This document shows, in pieces, positions 62,615-64,000 of a stretch of DNA of 64,000 nt. Both the position numbers and the translations under genes were made by a program. The stretch is from an uncultured candidate division Zixibacteria bacterium. Lineage in GTDB: Bacteria > Zixibacteria > MSB-5A5 > RBG-16-43-9. The stretch is from NCBI GenBank assembly GCA_963713865.1, contig OY970208.1, positions 2,208,001 through 2,272,000 on the forward strand, written 5' to 3'. The first letter of the stretch is position 1, and each line of letters starts with the position of its first letter. A model generated the notes under the pieces. The model was not told the DNA's origin and did no database searches. It saw only the letters and a program-made list of their open reading frames with translations.

Positions 62615-64000
62615 TCATTTCAATTTGGCCATTTTAACAACCTCAGATTCATTTCCCACATCTACTTTAAGAAGATAGATCCCAGCCGCTAGATCTTCCC
62701 CCTTAGAATTTTTACCATTCCAAGATGTTTTAAAAATCTCCTGAAAACTTTCATCAGACTGCTTGTAAACCAGTTCACCTGCGACATTGAAAATAAAAAT
62801 CCTGACCGGTTTATCTGGATTTGATTTCCCCACATAAATAGTTAGAAAATCGCTGAAAGGGTTTGGATAGACCCAGATCCTGTTCGAGCCGGAAATGACT
62901 AAAGTCACCTGAGCAATCTGGATTGAATCAGGAGCTTGATTGATCTTCACGGTAACATTGGCAGGATAGACACCCTTATCTAATCCGGAAATATCAACTG
63001 CCAGAGTACAAATTGAAGTAGTAAAGCTAGAATCCGGCTTCAAAGTCAACCAGCTTACATCTGGGGTAGCAGTCCATTTTAATTGACCCTCTCCCGGATT
63101 TGAGATACTCATTGTCTGCACCGCAGGATTTGAACGATTTTTAATTGCCAAAAAACTGAATTTATCCGGATAGATAATTGGATAAACAGCTCTATATGCA
63201 TTTATAACCCCATACCCTTTTAAAGTATCCGGGTAATCTGCTTGGGTTGCTGTTTTCCATAAAGACCTTCTAAGTTGTATAGGTGACCAATCTGGATAAA
63301 CTTGCAAAATTAACGCACAGGCACCAGCCACCAGCGGTGCGGATAAAGAGGTTCCATTAACGTTACTATAACTTCCATACATATTAGCACAATAAGTTCC
63401 CACTCCGCAGGCGCACACATCTGGCTTGATCTTTCCCTTTAGGAAATCACTCTGAAAACCAGCAGAGCTGAAAGAGGCAATATTCCCTTCTAAATCTACT
63501 GCTCCAACTGCAATCACACTATCCCCATCTGCTGGAGCAATTATATAATGCCAGTTATTGCCCACGCTCCTTTCATTTCCAGCGGAATTTACTACAACCA
63601 CCCCCCTGGATACAGCAATATCCGCTGCTATAGTACATAAAGCTGTATTACCATCTAAGCTGTCCCATGTATACCAATCATTATATCCCAGTGAAGAGGA
63701 TACAATATCAGCACTTAAGCTCTCAGCCCATTCGATCCCGGCTACCCAGAAGTCCTCTTCAACTTTGATCTCCTGTGCTTCAATTTCTGTTTTAGCTAAG
63801 ACGAATTCAGAATTATAAGCCGGTCCGATTAAAGTACCAGGCATATACCCGGCTAAAGCGGATAAAGTATAAGTCCCGTGTGACCTTTGTTGGTCAGCCA
63901 CGGACAAGTCTTCTACATCCTCATCACTATTTATAAAATCATAAGTTGCTATAATCCTGCTCGAATCAGCTAAATGCTTAAGAGCCTGATGATGGAGGTA
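62615..64000 (-). CDS. S8 subtilisin-like serine peptidase with BACON-like and T9SS-type C-terminal domains; 5' end outside the window
   Basis: HGT, SAGN and GTSLSAP; YPNPF...WNGKNSKGEDLAAGIYL. The frame is open to 64000. Confidence 0.9.
   Translation of the reverse strand, partial: YLHHQALKHLADSSRIIATYDFINSDEDVEDLSVADQQRSHGTYTLSALAGYMPGTLIGPAYNSEFVLAKTEIEAQEIKVEEDFWVAGIEWAESLSADIVSSSLGYNDWYTWDSLDGNTALCTIAADIAVSRGVVVVNSAGNERSVGNNWHYIIAPADGDSVIAVGAVDLEGNIASFSSAGFQSDFLKGKIKPDVCACGVGTYCANMYGSYSNVNGTSLSAPLVAGACALILQVYPDWSPIQLRRSLWKTATQADYPDTLKGYGVINAYRAVYPIIYPDKFSFLAIKNRSNPAVQTMSISNPGEGQLKWTATPDVSWLTLKPDSSFTTSICTLAVDISGLDKGVYPANVTVKINQAPDSIQIAQVTLVISGSNRIWVYPNPFSDFLTIYVGKSNPDKPVRIFIFNVAGELVYKQSDESFQEIFKTSWNGKNSKGEDLAAGIYLLKVDVGNESEVVKMAKLK

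Overview
This is an AT-rich bacterial chromosomal window, mostly minus-strand genes, from a diderm and probably anaerobic organism. The PorV-like protein, T9SS-type C-terminal domains and kinase-TPR paralogues suggest an FCB-associated lineage such as Zixibacteria (inference only). No rRNA, tRNA, CRISPR array or transposase was seen. The dominant theme is amino-acid energy metabolism. (i) A tandem HdrA missing from the ORF track has an in-frame UGA (DCAI-U) plus a SECIS-like hairpin and lies directly downstream of korDABC; sucCD is adjacent. (ii) A cluster encodes an aldehyde dehydrogenase, an ArcE-like arginine synthetase, carbamate kinase and ornithine aminotransferase. (iii) A glutamate locus has an NADP-GDH divergent from a two-component sigma54 system. 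That system precedes an operon of a duplicated Cys-rich protein, an active GDH and a GDH paralogue lacking two catalytic lysines, and a shared 17-bp operator-like motif occurs at both promoters. Also present: two Ser/Thr kinase-TPR genes bracketed by ~83-bp MITE-like direct repeats with an apparent 6-bp target-site duplication, a ~7.3-kb island bounded by a diverged duplication of the porV promoter and start, dense REP-like palindromes, three +1 frameshifts (probably sequence errors), and housekeeping genes (dnaE, cca, PPIases, ltaE).
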